Assembly: GCA_034530615.2 (NCBI GenBank)
Contig: JAVRCV020000031.1
Span: 1-64,000, forward strand
Reading direction: 5' to 3'
DNA: 64,000 nucleotides
Source of the DNA: Aulosira sp. ZfuVER01
Lineage (GTDB): Bacteria; Cyanobacteriota; Cyanobacteriia; Cyanobacteriales; Nostocaceae
Below the pieces are notes generated by a model that was not told the DNA's origin, searched no databases, and saw only the letters and a list, made by a program, of their open reading frames with translations. Position numbers and translations under genes: made by a program. This document shows, piece by piece, positions 21,367 through 31,702 of the stretch; the stretch's first letter is position 1, and every line of letters starts with the position of its first letter.

Positions 21367-22206
21367 ATGGAGCCAATCATTGCTATAGTCTTAGCGCTTA
21401 TAGGTTATGCCTTAGGATCTGCAAAACTGATTAATCAAGGCAATGTAGCCTTGGTAGAACGATTAGGGCAATATCATCGAAAACTGAATCCTGGGCTAAA
21501 CTTCATTATTCCCTTGGTCGATCAGATCGTCATGGAAGATACTAACCGGGAGCAGTATATAGACATCAAACCCCAGAATGTTATTACTAGAGATAATATC
21601 TACTTAGAAGTTGATGCTATCCTCTTCTGGCGCATCAAAGATATAGAAAAGAGCTTTTATGCAATTGATGACCTGCAAGGGGCACTGGTACAGCTGGCTC
21701 AGACTACGCTGCGGGAAATTATTGCTCAGAATACAGTAGAAGAAACCAATATCTCGCGATCGGAGATGGACAGAGCCATCTTAGACCAGTTAAATGAGAC
21801 AACGTCTGGTTGGGGAGTTGAGATTATCCGTCTAGATATGCAACGCATTACCCCACCTGAAAGTGTACGGAAGTCAATGGAAGAAGAACGCGCCGCTGAA
21901 ATCAAAAAACGGGCGCTGATTTCGGAAGCAGAAGGGGAACGGCAAGCTGCAATTAAGAAAGCCGAAGGAACTATGACCTCGATGCAGATAATTGCTGAAG
22001 CTTTACGCACAAATCCTGAAAGTAAAGAAATTCTCCGTTATCTTGTAGCTCAAGACTACATCAATGCTAGCTACAGGCTGGGAGAAAGCCAGAATGCCAA
22101 AGTTGTCTTTGTAGATCCAGGTAAAAGTGGTGACTTGATGAAAGAGGTGATTGCCGAATCAGTCACTCATGAGCATGGCAAGGAAAATGGCAATGGTGCT
22201 ACTTAA
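21367..22206 (+). CDS. SPFH/band 7 (stomatin-like) protein
   Basis: LVERLGQY...PGLNFIIPLVD, QNVITRDN, WGVEIIR; AGGAG RBS. Confidence 0.92.
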   Translation: MEPIIAIVLALIGYALGSAKLINQGNVALVERLGQYHRKLNPGLNFIIPLVDQIVMEDTNREQYIDIKPQNVITRDNIYLEVDAILFWRIKDIEKSFYAIDDLQGALVQLAQTTLREIIAQNTVEETNISRSEMDRAILDQLNETTSGWGVEIIRLDMQRITPPESVRKSMEEERAAEIKKRALISEAEGERQAAIKKAEGTMTSMQIIAEALRTNPESKEILRYLVAQDYINASYRLGESQNAKVVFVDPGKSGDLMKEVIAESVTHEHGKENGNGAT

Positions 22207-23057
22207 GCTTGTGTTGAATGCCGACATATCGCATCGGCAACCAGCGACACATCGTGCATTTCTTTAACATCATGAACTCGGAGGATATCAGCGCCATTAA
22301 AAATGGCAGCAGAACAAGCCGCCGCTGTTCCCCAAACTCGTGCTTTTGGATCGGGTTGATCTAAAATCCGACCAATGAAACTTTTACGGGATGGCCCTAC
22401 TAAAATAGGGCAATTGAGCACTCTCAGCGATCGCAATTGGCGAAAAATTTCTAAATTTTGCTGATAGTTCTTAGCAAAGCCAATACCAGGATCAATAATT
22501 ATTTTTTGCTGGTCAATACCCGCAGCCGTTGCCGCTGCAATTTGTTTTGCAAGAAAACTATAAATTTCTGCCATTAAATCTTGATAATCAGTTTGTTGTT
22601 GCATCGTCTGCGGGTTACCCCGGATGTGCATCAACACAATAGGCACGCCCAAACTGGCAACTGTTGCTAACATTTCCGAGTCAAACGTGCCACCAGAAAT
22701 ATCATTAATCATATCAGCCCCAGATGCCACAGCAGCCTTAGCTACATCTGCGCTAGTGGTATCTACAGAAATTGGTATATTAATTCCCGATCTTAACTCC
22801 CGCACAACTGGTAGCACTCGCTCAAGCTCTTCAGCAAGAGTTATTTGCTCTGACCCTGGTCGAGTTGATTGACCACCCACATCAATAATGTCAGCACCAG
22901 CTGCTACCAGTGCTTGTGCTTGTGCTAAAGCCGCAGTGGTAGTGTTAAACTCACCACCATCGCTAAAGCTATCAGGCGTCACATTCAATACACCCATTAG
23001 GTAAGTCTGCTGTCCCCATTGGAAACAGCGTTCCCGAATTATCAACTTATTGGACAT
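22203..23057 (-). CDS. folP: Dihydropteroate synthase
   Basis: MGVLNVTPDSFSDGG, IDPGIGFAK, SRKSFIG, RVHDV. Confidence 0.97.
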   Translation of the reverse strand: MSNKLIIRERCFQWGQQTYLMGVLNVTPDSFSDGGEFNTTTAALAQAQALVAAGADIIDVGGQSTRPGSEQITLAEELERVLPVVRELRSGINIPISVDTTSADVAKAAVASGADMINDISGGTFDSEMLATVASLGVPIVLMHIRGNPQTMQQQTDYQDLMAEIYSFLAKQIAAATAAGIDQQKIIIDPGIGFAKNYQQNLEIFRQLRSLRVLNCPILVGPSRKSFIGRILDQPDPKARVWGTAAACSAAIFNGADILRVHDVKEMHDVSLVADAICRHSTQA

Positions 23058-23167
23058 GGAAATAGGGGTATGAGGGAGATGAGGGGGATGAGGAAGCAGG
23101 GGCACAAGGAGGGCAAGGAAGAAATAAAAAATGACTCTTGACTATTGCCTTCTTGCCCAACGACAAA

Positions 23168-23360
23168 GCGCAAAGTCGAGCCAGTCGTGTGGTGTTAGCG
23201 TAGCGGTAGCGACGTAGGAGCGTCGGCAGCGCGGTCTTGGGGGTTCTCCCCCAATCCCCACTTCGTGGGGGCCCCGAGTCCCCCATGAGTGACTGCCGAA
23301 AGGGTCTCCCGACTTGAAAAAACTGGCGTTGAGCGGAGGTTTCCTCCGCTCAGAACTTTG
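23168..23360. repeat. Nested stack of small dispersed palindromic repeats (SDR-like)
   Basis: Element GCGCAAAGTC|TGAGCGGAGGTTTCCTCCGCTCAGAACTTTG is split by a 152-bp insert that itself contains further hairpin elements. Confidence 0.85.
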
Positions 23361-23399
23361 TAAGAATGACAAATGCCCAATGCTCAATGCCCAATTTGA

Positions 23400-24125
23400 C
23401 TATTTATAGTTCACAATCCTGGCGAAACTATCAGGTTCTAGACTGGCTCCTCCCACCAGAACCCCATCAATTTCAGGTTGAGCCATAATCTCATCAATAT
23501 TATTGGGCTTGACTGAGCCACCATATTGAATTGAAATATTGGGATTACTCAACTGGTTGCGAATTAAGCCAATTACCCGATTCGCCTCTGTTGATTCACA
23601 AGTGTCACCTGTCCCAATTGCCCAAATTGGTTCATAAGCAATCACTAGGTTATCTTGATCGACACCTACCAAGCCTTTGTCTAGCTGGCGGCTAATCAGG
23701 GCTTCAGTCTCCCCCCCGTCTCGTTGTTGTTTAGTTTCGCCTACACATAAAATTGGGGTCAGACCAAACTTTTGCGCAGCTTTGAGGCGGAGATTAACAG
23801 TTGCGTCTGTTTCACCAAAATATTGCCGTCGTTCACTATGACCGACAATAACAAAGCGCACACCACTTTCTGTGAGCATGGGGCCAGAAATTTCACCTGT
23901 GTAGGCTCCATTTTCTTCCCAATGGACATTTTGTGCTCCTAGCTGTACACGACTACCGTGCAAACTCTTAGATAAAATGCTTAAGTTAGTAAAAGGAGGG
24001 CACAATATAACTTCTCGCTCCTGGGGTGTTTCCTCCAGGTACGGCAAAAATCCCTGTAAAAAATCTTGGGATTCTGCCTGAGTTTTGAACATTTTCCAGT
24101 TACCGGCAATAACGATTTTCCGCAC
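23400..24125 (-). CDS. tpiA: Triosephosphate isomerase
   Basis: [38 protein letters not shown] start at 24125. Confidence 0.98.
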   Translation of the reverse strand: MRKIVIAGNWKMFKTQAESQDFLQGFLPYLEETPQEREVILCPPFTNLSILSKSLHGSRVQLGAQNVHWEENGAYTGEISGPMLTESGVRFVIVGHSERRQYFGETDATVNLRLKAAQKFGLTPILCVGETKQQRDGGETEALISRQLDKGLVGVDQDNLVIAYEPIWAIGTGDTCESTEANRVIGLIRNQLSNPNISIQYGGSVKPNNIDEIMAQPEIDGVLVGGASLEPDSFARIVNYK

Positions 24126-24336
24126 AGGTGATTTAGTCAAGTTCCTAACGCTACTAGATGCATTTTTCACTCTAGAACATTTTGCACCCCAAAATCTTGA
24201 GCTATTTACGGAAACCACAGGCAAACGTCTTCATGCAGGTGCAACATCCTTCTATTTTCCTCTCTCCTCAAACCCTTGCTAAAACAAACTAGGATCGGAT
24301 GTGAGGTAAATCTAAAATCTCAAATTTAAAATTGAC

Positions 24337-25812
24337 ATGACTTCCACATTGCCCGAACCTCATCACAGCAATTCACCCAATACTGATGCCAATTCCCTTA
24401 ATTGGGAGGAAGAACTAGATAGTGCCATTTTCAGTTTTGAAGACATTCAGACTGAACTCAACTATAAAAAGGCACAAACGGCGTTACGAAATTTAGTAGC
24501 CAACCTCGACCTCTCGCCCCAAGAAAAGCGCGGTTTGGAGACAGAAATTAACGATCTGGAAACTATGCTGGGGAAGTTAGACCGCATGGTGGTGCAGATT
24601 GCTGCTTTTGGGATGGTGGGACGCGGTAAATCTTCTCTACTTAATGCTTTAGTTGGGCAATCAGTGTTTGAAACTGGCCCTTTGCATGGCGTAACTCGTG
24701 ATGCTCAAAGAGTTAATTGGAGTATTAACGAAGAAGCCATTGGCGAAACCGAACGCGCTTTGCGAGTTACGCTACCAGCAGTCGGTCAATCTCAGGTGGA
24801 ATTAATCGATACACCAGGATTAGATGAAATTGATGGTGATACCCGTGCCGCTTTAGCCGAACAAGTAGCAAAACAGGCAGATTTAATTCTGTTTGTGATT
24901 GCTGGTGATATGACAAAGATTGAACAAATTGCTCTTTCGCAATTACGGGAAGCCGGTAAACCGATAATTCTGGTATTTAACAAAGTAGACCAGTATCCAG
25001 AAGCAGACAGGATGGCAATTTATCACAAAATTCGGGATGAGAGGGTTAAGGAGCTAGTTTCACCCTTAGAAATTGTCATGGCGGCCGCATCACCATTGGT
25101 AAAAACGGCGATTCTTCGCCCGGATGGTAGTAGGGGTATACAGTTGCGTACAGGTAATGCCCAAGTTGAGGAACTTAAGCTAAAAATCTTAGAAATTCTG
25201 CACCGGGAAGGCAAAGCCTTGGTAGCGCTAAATACAATGCTTTACGCGGATACAGTCAATGAGCAATTAGTGCAGCGAAAACTAATGATTCGGGAACAGA
25301 ATGCTAATCAGCTAATTTGGAAAGCTGTTATGACCAAAGCATTAGCGATCGCACTCAATCCTGTTACCGTGGTAGATATACTCAGCAGTATTGCAATTGA
25401 TATTTTTCTAATTTTAGGTTTATCTAAACTCTATGGCATTCCCATGACCGAAGCTGGGGCTGTACAATTGCTGCAAAAAATCGCTCTGAGTATGGGTGGT
25501 ATTGGTGTCAGTGAATTACTAGCAAATTTGGGCTTGAGTGGGTTAAAAACTTTACTTGGTATCTCTGCAACTGCAACTGCCGGTGCTGCTATTGGCCCTT
25601 ATATTTCAGTAGCAGTAACCCAAGCTGGTGTAGCTGGTGTTTCTTCCTATGGGATTGGACAAGTGACGAAAGCTTATTTAGCTAATGGTGCGACTTGGGG
25701 GCCTGATGGGCCAAAAGCAGTAATTAGTCGAATTTTGTCAACTCTGGATGAAGCTTCTATTCTCAGCCGCATTAAAGAAGAATTGCTGCACAAAGTACAA
25801 CTGAGAAATTGA
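24337..25812 (+). CDS. Era-like GTP-binding protein with DUF697/YcjF domain
   Basis: GMVGRGKSS, DTPG, NKVD; hydrophobic C-terminus ending ATWGPDGPK. Confidence 0.9.
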   Translation: MTSTLPEPHHSNSPNTDANSLNWEEELDSAIFSFEDIQTELNYKKAQTALRNLVANLDLSPQEKRGLETEINDLETMLGKLDRMVVQIAAFGMVGRGKSSLLNALVGQSVFETGPLHGVTRDAQRVNWSINEEAIGETERALRVTLPAVGQSQVELIDTPGLDEIDGDTRAALAEQVAKQADLILFVIAGDMTKIEQIALSQLREAGKPIILVFNKVDQYPEADRMAIYHKIRDERVKELVSPLEIVMAAASPLVKTAILRPDGSRGIQLRTGNAQVEELKLKILEILHREGKALVALNTMLYADTVNEQLVQRKLMIREQNANQLIWKAVMTKALAIALNPVTVVDILSSIAIDIFLILGLSKLYGIPMTEAGAVQLLQKIALSMGGIGVSELLANLGLSGLKTLLGISATATAGAAIGPYISVAVTQAGVAGVSSYGIGQVTKAYLANGATWGPDGPKAVISRILSTLDEASILSRIKEELLHKVQLRN

Positions 25813-26023
25813 TGTATAGAAGGAGATAGCAGCAGATGGTTTCTAGTGTTGGAATTACGGATATAATTAAAAGCTTAAGTGATTTACAGACGCGCTGTAA
25901 TTTGCGTCAAACAAATAGCGATCGCTTTTTTTGAATGGGTATAAAACATACCTGAACTCAATCAACAACTTTAATAAGTAAAATTAGCCAATTTAGATTT
26001 CTGTTAGTTAATTTCAGTATGTC

Positions 26024-26716
26024 ATGATTCGTCGTTACATTATCTTTGGTCTTGGTACTATTGCTTTATTATTAATGCTCAAACCTTTATACAAACCTAA
26101 AACTCAAGAAAAGCAAACAGCCACAACTATCACACAACCTCAACAATCTGTGGATAGTACTCAGGAAAGTTCAGTTTCACCTTCTACAACTAATGTTTCT
26201 GGTAACTCTGAAGCAAAAATTTGGTTTCGTCTTCGCCAGGGAAGAGGCTATGTAGTAATTATGCGTCATGCTTTAGCTCCAGGAATTGGCGATCCGCCTG
26301 ATTTCAAGCTTAATGATTGTTCTACACAACGCAATCTTTCAGATGAAGGCAGAAAACAGGCCATAAGAATCGGAAAAGCTTTTAAAACTCAAAAAATTCC
26401 AGTTTCTAGAGTATTATCAAGCCAATGGTGTCGCTGTTTAGAGACTGCAAAACTACTTAATTTGGGTAAAGTAGAGTCTTTCCCCACTATCAATTCCTTC
26501 TTCAGTAATTACAAAACCCAATCTCAGCAAACTGCAAAACTACGTCAGTTTATTTTAAATAACCGTAACACCCCTGGCGTTATTGTGATGATTACTCACG
26601 AAATCAACATTACAACACTCACCAGCGATATTTACCCGAAATCTGGAGACTCAGTGGTGTTACGAGCTAATGAACAAAACAAAATTGAGGTGGTGGGACA
26701 GATTAAAGCTATTTGA
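26024..26716 (+). CDS. Histidine phosphatase family protein, exported or membrane-anchored
   Basis: MRHALAPG, QRNLSDEGR, SSQWCRCLETA, ITHEINI. Confidence 0.88.
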   Translation: MIRRYIIFGLGTIALLLMLKPLYKPKTQEKQTATTITQPQQSVDSTQESSVSPSTTNVSGNSEAKIWFRLRQGRGYVVIMRHALAPGIGDPPDFKLNDCSTQRNLSDEGRKQAIRIGKAFKTQKIPVSRVLSSQWCRCLETAKLLNLGKVESFPTINSFFSNYKTQSQQTAKLRQFILNNRNTPGVIVMITHEINITTLTSDIYPKSGDSVVLRANEQNKIEVVGQIKAI

Positions 26717-26807
26717 TGCTTCTGTGCCTAGATGAGTAGACAAATATAATAATTTCACGTGGCAGCTATCCTGCTCCACAACTAATATATGAATCGCTAC
26801 ATTTGAT

Positions 26808-27977
26808 ATGCGAACAATTGCGGAAATTAACGAGAAAATCAGCAGCCAACGTGCGGTGGTGTTGACAGTTGAAGAATTAAAAGCACGAGTTGCTGAAGTT
26901 GGTGTTACTAAAGTTGCTCAGGAAGTTGATGTGATTACCACAGGCACTTTTGAGCCAATGGAATCGAGTGGTGCAATTATTAATCTGGGACACACTGACC
27001 CCCCAATCAAAATTCGCCGTTGTTGGTTGGATGGTGTGCCAGCATACTCTGGTTTTGGGGCAGTAGATTTATACCTTGGTGCCAGTTGTCCCGTTGATAC
27101 GATTGACGGAGAGGAAGTTCGGGAACGTGGTGGCGGTCATGTCATTGAAGATTTGATTGCAGGTAAAGCTGTACAAGTCCGCGCACAAGGGCAAGTGACA
27201 GATTGTTACCCACGAGCCACCTTTGAAACCACAATCATGCGGGAAACAATAAATCAGTTTTATTTATTTAATCCGCGTAATCTTTACCAAAATTTTATTG
27301 TGGGAGTAAATGGAGGCGATCGCCCACTTTTTACTTATCTCGGGCCATTACAACCACGTTTAGGTAATGCTGTTTACTCTAACCCTGGTGCAATTTCACC
27401 TTTGCTCAATGACCCAGATTTACAACTTATCGGTATTGGAACAAGGATTTTTTTAGGCGGTGGGATTGGTTATGTCGCCTGGGAAGGTACTCAACACTTC
27501 CCCTTACAAAAGCGTTTAGCGAATCATACCCCCATTGGTCCTGCTGCCACTTTAGCTTTAATTGGTGATGCCAAGCAGATGGATGCTCGTTGGGTGAGGG
27601 GATGTTATTTCAAAAGCTATGGCCCTTCATTGATGTTGGGCGTAGGTGTACCACTTCCTGTCTTATCCGCAGAAGTAGTTGAACATTGTGCTGTGCAAGA
27701 TAAAGAATTAGTTGCGCCCATCGTAGACTTTTCCATTCCCCGGCGCGTTCGTCCCACATTTGGTTTGGTGAGTTACGCCCAACTCAAGTCTGGGCGCGTC
27801 ACCATTGAGGGTAGAACTGTGCGTGTTGCACCTCTAGCCAGTTTGTTTTTATCTAGGCAAGTCGCCCTAGAGTTGAAACAGTGGATCGAAGCTGGCAAAT
27901 TTACCCTGACAGAACCAGTTTCCCCAATTCCGATGGAGCGTTCTTTTTTACCTCAAGACCGCTGGACGGAATTTTGA
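26808..27977 (+). CDS. DUF39 homocysteine biosynthesis family protein (aspartate-semialdehyde sulfurtransferase-like)
   Basis: RTIAEINEKI, VDVITTGTF, GAVDLYLGA, GGGHVIEDL, NPRNLYQN, WEGTQH. Confidence 0.88.
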   Translation: MRTIAEINEKISSQRAVVLTVEELKARVAEVGVTKVAQEVDVITTGTFEPMESSGAIINLGHTDPPIKIRRCWLDGVPAYSGFGAVDLYLGASCPVDTIDGEEVRERGGGHVIEDLIAGKAVQVRAQGQVTDCYPRATFETTIMRETINQFYLFNPRNLYQNFIVGVNGGDRPLFTYLGPLQPRLGNAVYSNPGAISPLLNDPDLQLIGIGTRIFLGGGIGYVAWEGTQHFPLQKRLANHTPIGPAATLALIGDAKQMDARWVRGCYFKSYGPSLMLGVGVPLPVLSAEVVEHCAVQDKELVAPIVDFSIPRRVRPTFGLVSYAQLKSGRVTIEGRTVRVAPLASLFLSRQVALELKQWIEAGKFTLTEPVSPIPMERSFLPQDRWTEF

Positions 27978-28004
27978 TACTGGGAATTAGTTGGACATGA
28001 ATAA

Positions 28005-28130
28005 TGGGGACAAGGAGGACAGGGGAGACAAGGTGAGACCAGCGCTGCGGGAGGGTTTCCCTCCGCAGGCGACTGGCGAACCCGAAGGGGGGAAATAACT
28101 CCCATGCCCTATGCCCTATGCCCCATGCCC
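28005..28130. repeat. STRR repeats plus SDR-like hairpin
   Basis: ggggacaaggaggacaggggagacaagg; CTGCGGGAGGGTTTCCCTCCGCAG hairpin; (ATGCCCY)n. Confidence 0.8.
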
Positions 28131-29143
28131 TACTCTTGAGGCGGTTTCGCCCGCTTTATCGGCTTAGGAGCAGGTATTTTTGGTATAGGTTTCGACACCA
28201 CAGAGGAATCGCCGCCTATTTTTTTGATTGGGCGTGGGGTTTCGCCATTTCGTCTGGGTGGAAATGGTCTTCTGCCACCACCAGGACCACCACGAGGCGC
28301 ACCTCTGAATGGTGGTTTGCGCTTTTTGGGTAAGTCCGCGATCGCTTCAGCGGTTTCTATTAGCAATAAGTCAGCTTCTCGCTTGACTTGAAAGTCCCAA
28401 AACTTCCCTACAGCCTTGGTAGTCAAAACACCCGTTAGTTTCAACTTAAAATATTTGGGTTTGTCAGTTGGTTTACGCGGAGCCTGCTTGATTTTGACTA
28501 CTAAGCTCTTAGTGTCAAAAGACTGGTAGACTACTTCACCACGAACTGAGAAACCACCATCAGGAATGTCTGATGAGGGTTTTAAGTTACTTGTAGTCTC
28601 GTCAGAATTTTCGGACACATCATCATCCGGGGTCTGTAATTCTTCTGACTCCGAATCTGGCTCGTCCTCCTCTGTTAGATGTTTAGCCAGTTTTTCTGGC
28701 TCCCAAACACCAACAATTTGGAGGTGCAATGCGTCATTTTCTTGTCTGGTGCGCGGATAAACTACCCACAGATGTTCTTGTTCTAAATCCAAGTGATTTT
28801 TAACTAAACTCATAATCCGTCCTAGGAGTACGGCATTGAGTTCTACACCATCTGGGGTCAGCAGATCGCCTTGAGTAAATTGTTCGTCACTGGCACGGTA
28901 GCGACCTCGGACTAAGCCGATGGCGCGGTACTGCATTGGTTCACTGGGAGGTGGAATCGGTTGCTGCCGATTAGCGAAGTTCCCATTTGAGGCAGTCTCG
29001 TTAGGGTTAACAGTCGAATTCTCAAGTTTAGAGGACTGGGCTGCTAATGTAGGAACATCAGCTGCTACCTCTACCGTAGTTGGGCCCTGGTTAGAGGCAG
29101 AAGAGTTGGAAGATTCAGGTGACGGCATCAGGTCGGAATTCAT
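28130..29143 (-). CDS. Conserved cyanobacterial hypothetical protein
   Basis: PIPPPSEPMQYRAIGLVRGRY, HLWVVYPRT, GVWEPE; AAGGAG upstream of ATG 29143. Confidence 0.85.
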   Translation of the reverse strand: MNSDLMPSPESSNSSASNQGPTTVEVAADVPTLAAQSSKLENSTVNPNETASNGNFANRQQPIPPPSEPMQYRAIGLVRGRYRASDEQFTQGDLLTPDGVELNAVLLGRIMSLVKNHLDLEQEHLWVVYPRTRQENDALHLQIVGVWEPEKLAKHLTEEDEPDSESEELQTPDDDVSENSDETTSNLKPSSDIPDGGFSVRGEVVYQSFDTKSLVVKIKQAPRKPTDKPKYFKLKLTGVLTTKAVGKFWDFQVKREADLLLIETAEAIADLPKKRKPPFRGAPRGGPGGGRRPFPPRRNGETPRPIKKIGGDSSVVSKPIPKIPAPKPIKRAKPPQE

Positions 29144-29511
29144 AAAAAACTCCTTGCGGCGGAGACACATCCCATTGTGGGATTTTACAAAGGCAGCTGA
29201 AAAGAGCGTTTGTGCGGCTGATGAAAGTATATTTGCTTTCAACCAACCACGACCGAGCGCTCTAGAGGATTCTAAAGAGGCATTTGTACACTAAATGTGT
29301 AATTTAGCGTCTTTAGACTGGTTTCGGGAAGCATATCATAGCTGGAATTCTGACGGCTCCTCCTAAAGTCATCACTTACTTTAGCAGCGTGGATAGTTAT
29401 TTGTTATAAAATTCACAGGCAATCGACGGTATTCCGCAAAGTTTTTGAAATTTTTAACTTTCGGATTTATGTAAATGATAATGTCAATAAAGTTCAGGAG
29501 AAATAAGTCTT

Positions 29512-30387
29512 GTGTCTCAATCGCGCAGCTGGATAGTTAAGGTCGTATTGGCTCTGGCAGTTCTTGCTTTTGTGGGAATTTCGATGGTTCCCCTGATTTC
29601 TGCATTTAATAATAATAATACACAACCCCCAACCCAGAATAACGCCAGCACCAAGGGAAATTTGCCTTCCCCTGACCAAAAATCAAAACTGCAAGACGAA
29701 GCCCGGGGTTATCAGTTGGTTTTGCAACGGGAACCAGAAAATCAGACTGCTCTCAAAGGACTGTTACAGGCAAGGCTAGAACTCTTAAGTATCAAAGAAG
29801 GAGACATTCAGGGAGTAATTGAACCTTTAGAGAAACTAGCCAAGCTCAATCCAGAGCAGACAGAATATGCAGTACTGTTAGCTCAAGCAAAACAGCAAAT
29901 TGGCGACAAGGAAGGTGCAGCGCAAGCTTACCGTTCCATATTGGCTACAAAACCAGGCGACTTGAAAGCTTTACAAGGGATGGTATCTCTGCTGTTAAGC
30001 CAACAACGCCCTGAAGCAGCTATTGGTTTATTGCAAGATACTTTGACTGCTGCACCCCAAGCAAATAAAATCCAGCCTGGCAGTGTAGATACGGTTGCCG
30101 TGCAGGTGCTTTTGGGCACAGTCCACGCTTCTCAGAAACGTTATACTCAAGCTCTCTCTGCCTACGACCAAGCAATTAAGAAAGATCCGAAGGATTTTCG
30201 CCCAGTTTTGGCTAAGGCGATGCTAATGAAGCAACAAGGCAAAGTTACAGAAGCTAAACCTCTGTTTAATACCGCTTCAGCTTTAGCACCTGCTCAATAC
30301 AAAGACGAAATTAACAAAGCAGCAATAGCTTCTTCAGTTCCTACACCTGCGGTATCTCCTACAGCCCCAGCAGAAAGTAAAAAATGA
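29512..30387 (+). CDS. Membrane-anchored TPR protein
   Basis: N-terminal TM; TPR-like helices (GYQLVLQREPENQTAL, YDQAIKKDPKDFRP). Confidence 0.9.
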   Translation: MSQSRSWIVKVVLALAVLAFVGISMVPLISAFNNNNTQPPTQNNASTKGNLPSPDQKSKLQDEARGYQLVLQREPENQTALKGLLQARLELLSIKEGDIQGVIEPLEKLAKLNPEQTEYAVLLAQAKQQIGDKEGAAQAYRSILATKPGDLKALQGMVSLLLSQQRPEAAIGLLQDTLTAAPQANKIQPGSVDTVAVQVLLGTVHASQKRYTQALSAYDQAIKKDPKDFRPVLAKAMLMKQQGKVTEAKPLFNTASALAPAQYKDEINKAAIASSVPTPAVSPTAPAESKK

Positions 30388-30497
30388 AGAGTCGTGAGTA
30401 ACGTGTGCTGAGTTGAAAGACTACCACCAAGGATTGGGTATTAACCCTTCTCAAATCTCATACCTATTCACAAACAACTTGATACAAGGATTTTTAG

Positions 30498-30520
30498 GGG
30501 GTTTAGCAATGCTAAACCCC
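30498..30520. repeat. REP-like palindrome
   Basis: GGGGTTTAGCA-A-TGCTAAACCCC. Confidence 0.7.
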
Positions 30521-30722
30521 TAACTATTATTTGTAAGATTTTTTCTCAAACTTGGAAGAGGTTCTAGTATTTCATAAAAATCTCGAGTGTTTTGAGTATT
30601 TATACTAAAACATATCAAAATTAGTAAAATTTTTTAACAATGATGTGAGTAGATGTACGGTTTTGGGATTAATAAAGTTGTAAAGCTTTTTTTACAAAAC
30701 AGGCTACAAAAGGAAAAAATTT

Positions 30723-31688
30723 ATGTATCAGCAACTTTTTTGTAAAGTTGTGGATAGTTTCCCTAACAGAAATGTTACTTTCTGGATTTCAGTATTAGCG
30801 ATCGCTATATTTGGTACAGCCTGTACTCCCACTCGTGAAAGTTCTGCAACTCAACCAGGTACTGTTCAGTCGCCTGCTAGCACAGCCAATCAAGCTACAG
30901 ACGAACAAACAACTCTCACAATGGCGGTGATTCCCTGGCAAGTTTCAGCCGAACAGGAAAAGAAACTGCAACCGTTGGCTGACTACTTGGCTCAAGCTTT
31001 GAAGCGACCATTTAAATTTGAAATTACCAAGGACTACGAAAAAGCAGTTGAAGCCTTAATTCAAGGGAAAGCAGAACTAGCATACCTCGGGCCGAGTAGC
31101 TACATCGCAGCTCGTCTGCGCGATCCGAAAATTGAACCCCTGGTTTCCCCTATTAATCGAGATACTAAGCGACCGTGGTACACATCTGTAATTATTGCTA
31201 GCAAGAGTAGTGGTATTAAAACTCTACAAAATTTGAACGGTAAGCGATTTGCCTTTGTTAGTAAGTTATCGGCTTCTGGATATGTCGTACCAATGGCTAA
31301 ATTGCAGGAACTCGGCATCAACCCCAACAAAGACTTTAGCTTGGTCGTATTTTCTGGCAGCCATGATAAATCAAAGCAAGCTTTGGAGCAAGGAGAAGTA
31401 GATGCGATCGCAGACGATAGGCGATCTTATACTGAACTCATTAAAGAGAAGAAAATTGATCCAAAAAAATACACAATTATCTGGGAATCTGTGCCACTTC
31501 CCAGCGTACCGATTGTTGCTTCTAGTAAAGTCTCTATTGAATTGAAAAATGCCTTAAAAAAGGCATTGATTGACGCACCAGCTGGCCTGGTAGATCCTGC
31601 CGGTGCTGTGGGAGCCGGATATACTTTGGTACAAGATGGAGATTACGACATCATTAGAGAATTTCAAAAGCGAGTTCCCACTAAATAA
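30723..31688 (+). CDS. Phosphate/phosphite/phosphonate-type (PhnD-like) substrate-binding lipoprotein
   Basis: Lipobox-like GTAC; DY.KAVEAL..GKAELAYLGPSSY, FVSKLSASGY, GSHD. Confidence 0.88.
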   Translation: MYQQLFCKVVDSFPNRNVTFWISVLAIAIFGTACTPTRESSATQPGTVQSPASTANQATDEQTTLTMAVIPWQVSAEQEKKLQPLADYLAQALKRPFKFEITKDYEKAVEALIQGKAELAYLGPSSYIAARLRDPKIEPLVSPINRDTKRPWYTSVIIASKSSGIKTLQNLNGKRFAFVSKLSASGYVVPMAKLQELGINPNKDFSLVVFSGSHDKSKQALEQGEVDAIADDRRSYTELIKEKKIDPKKYTIIWESVPLPSVPIVASSKVSIELKNALKKALIDAPAGLVDPAGAVGAGYTLVQDGDYDIIREFQKRVPTK

Positions 31689-31702
31689 GGCGACACAAAT
31701 TT

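Noticed and set aside
23047..23387. Three overlapping short ORFs and the Pro/His-rich folP extension
   Set aside because: Translations of GC-rich nested repeats and STRRs.
29143..29512. Possible structured RNA in the long leader of the hypothetical gene
   Set aside because: No recognisable motif or convincing long stem by eye; would need covariance analysis.
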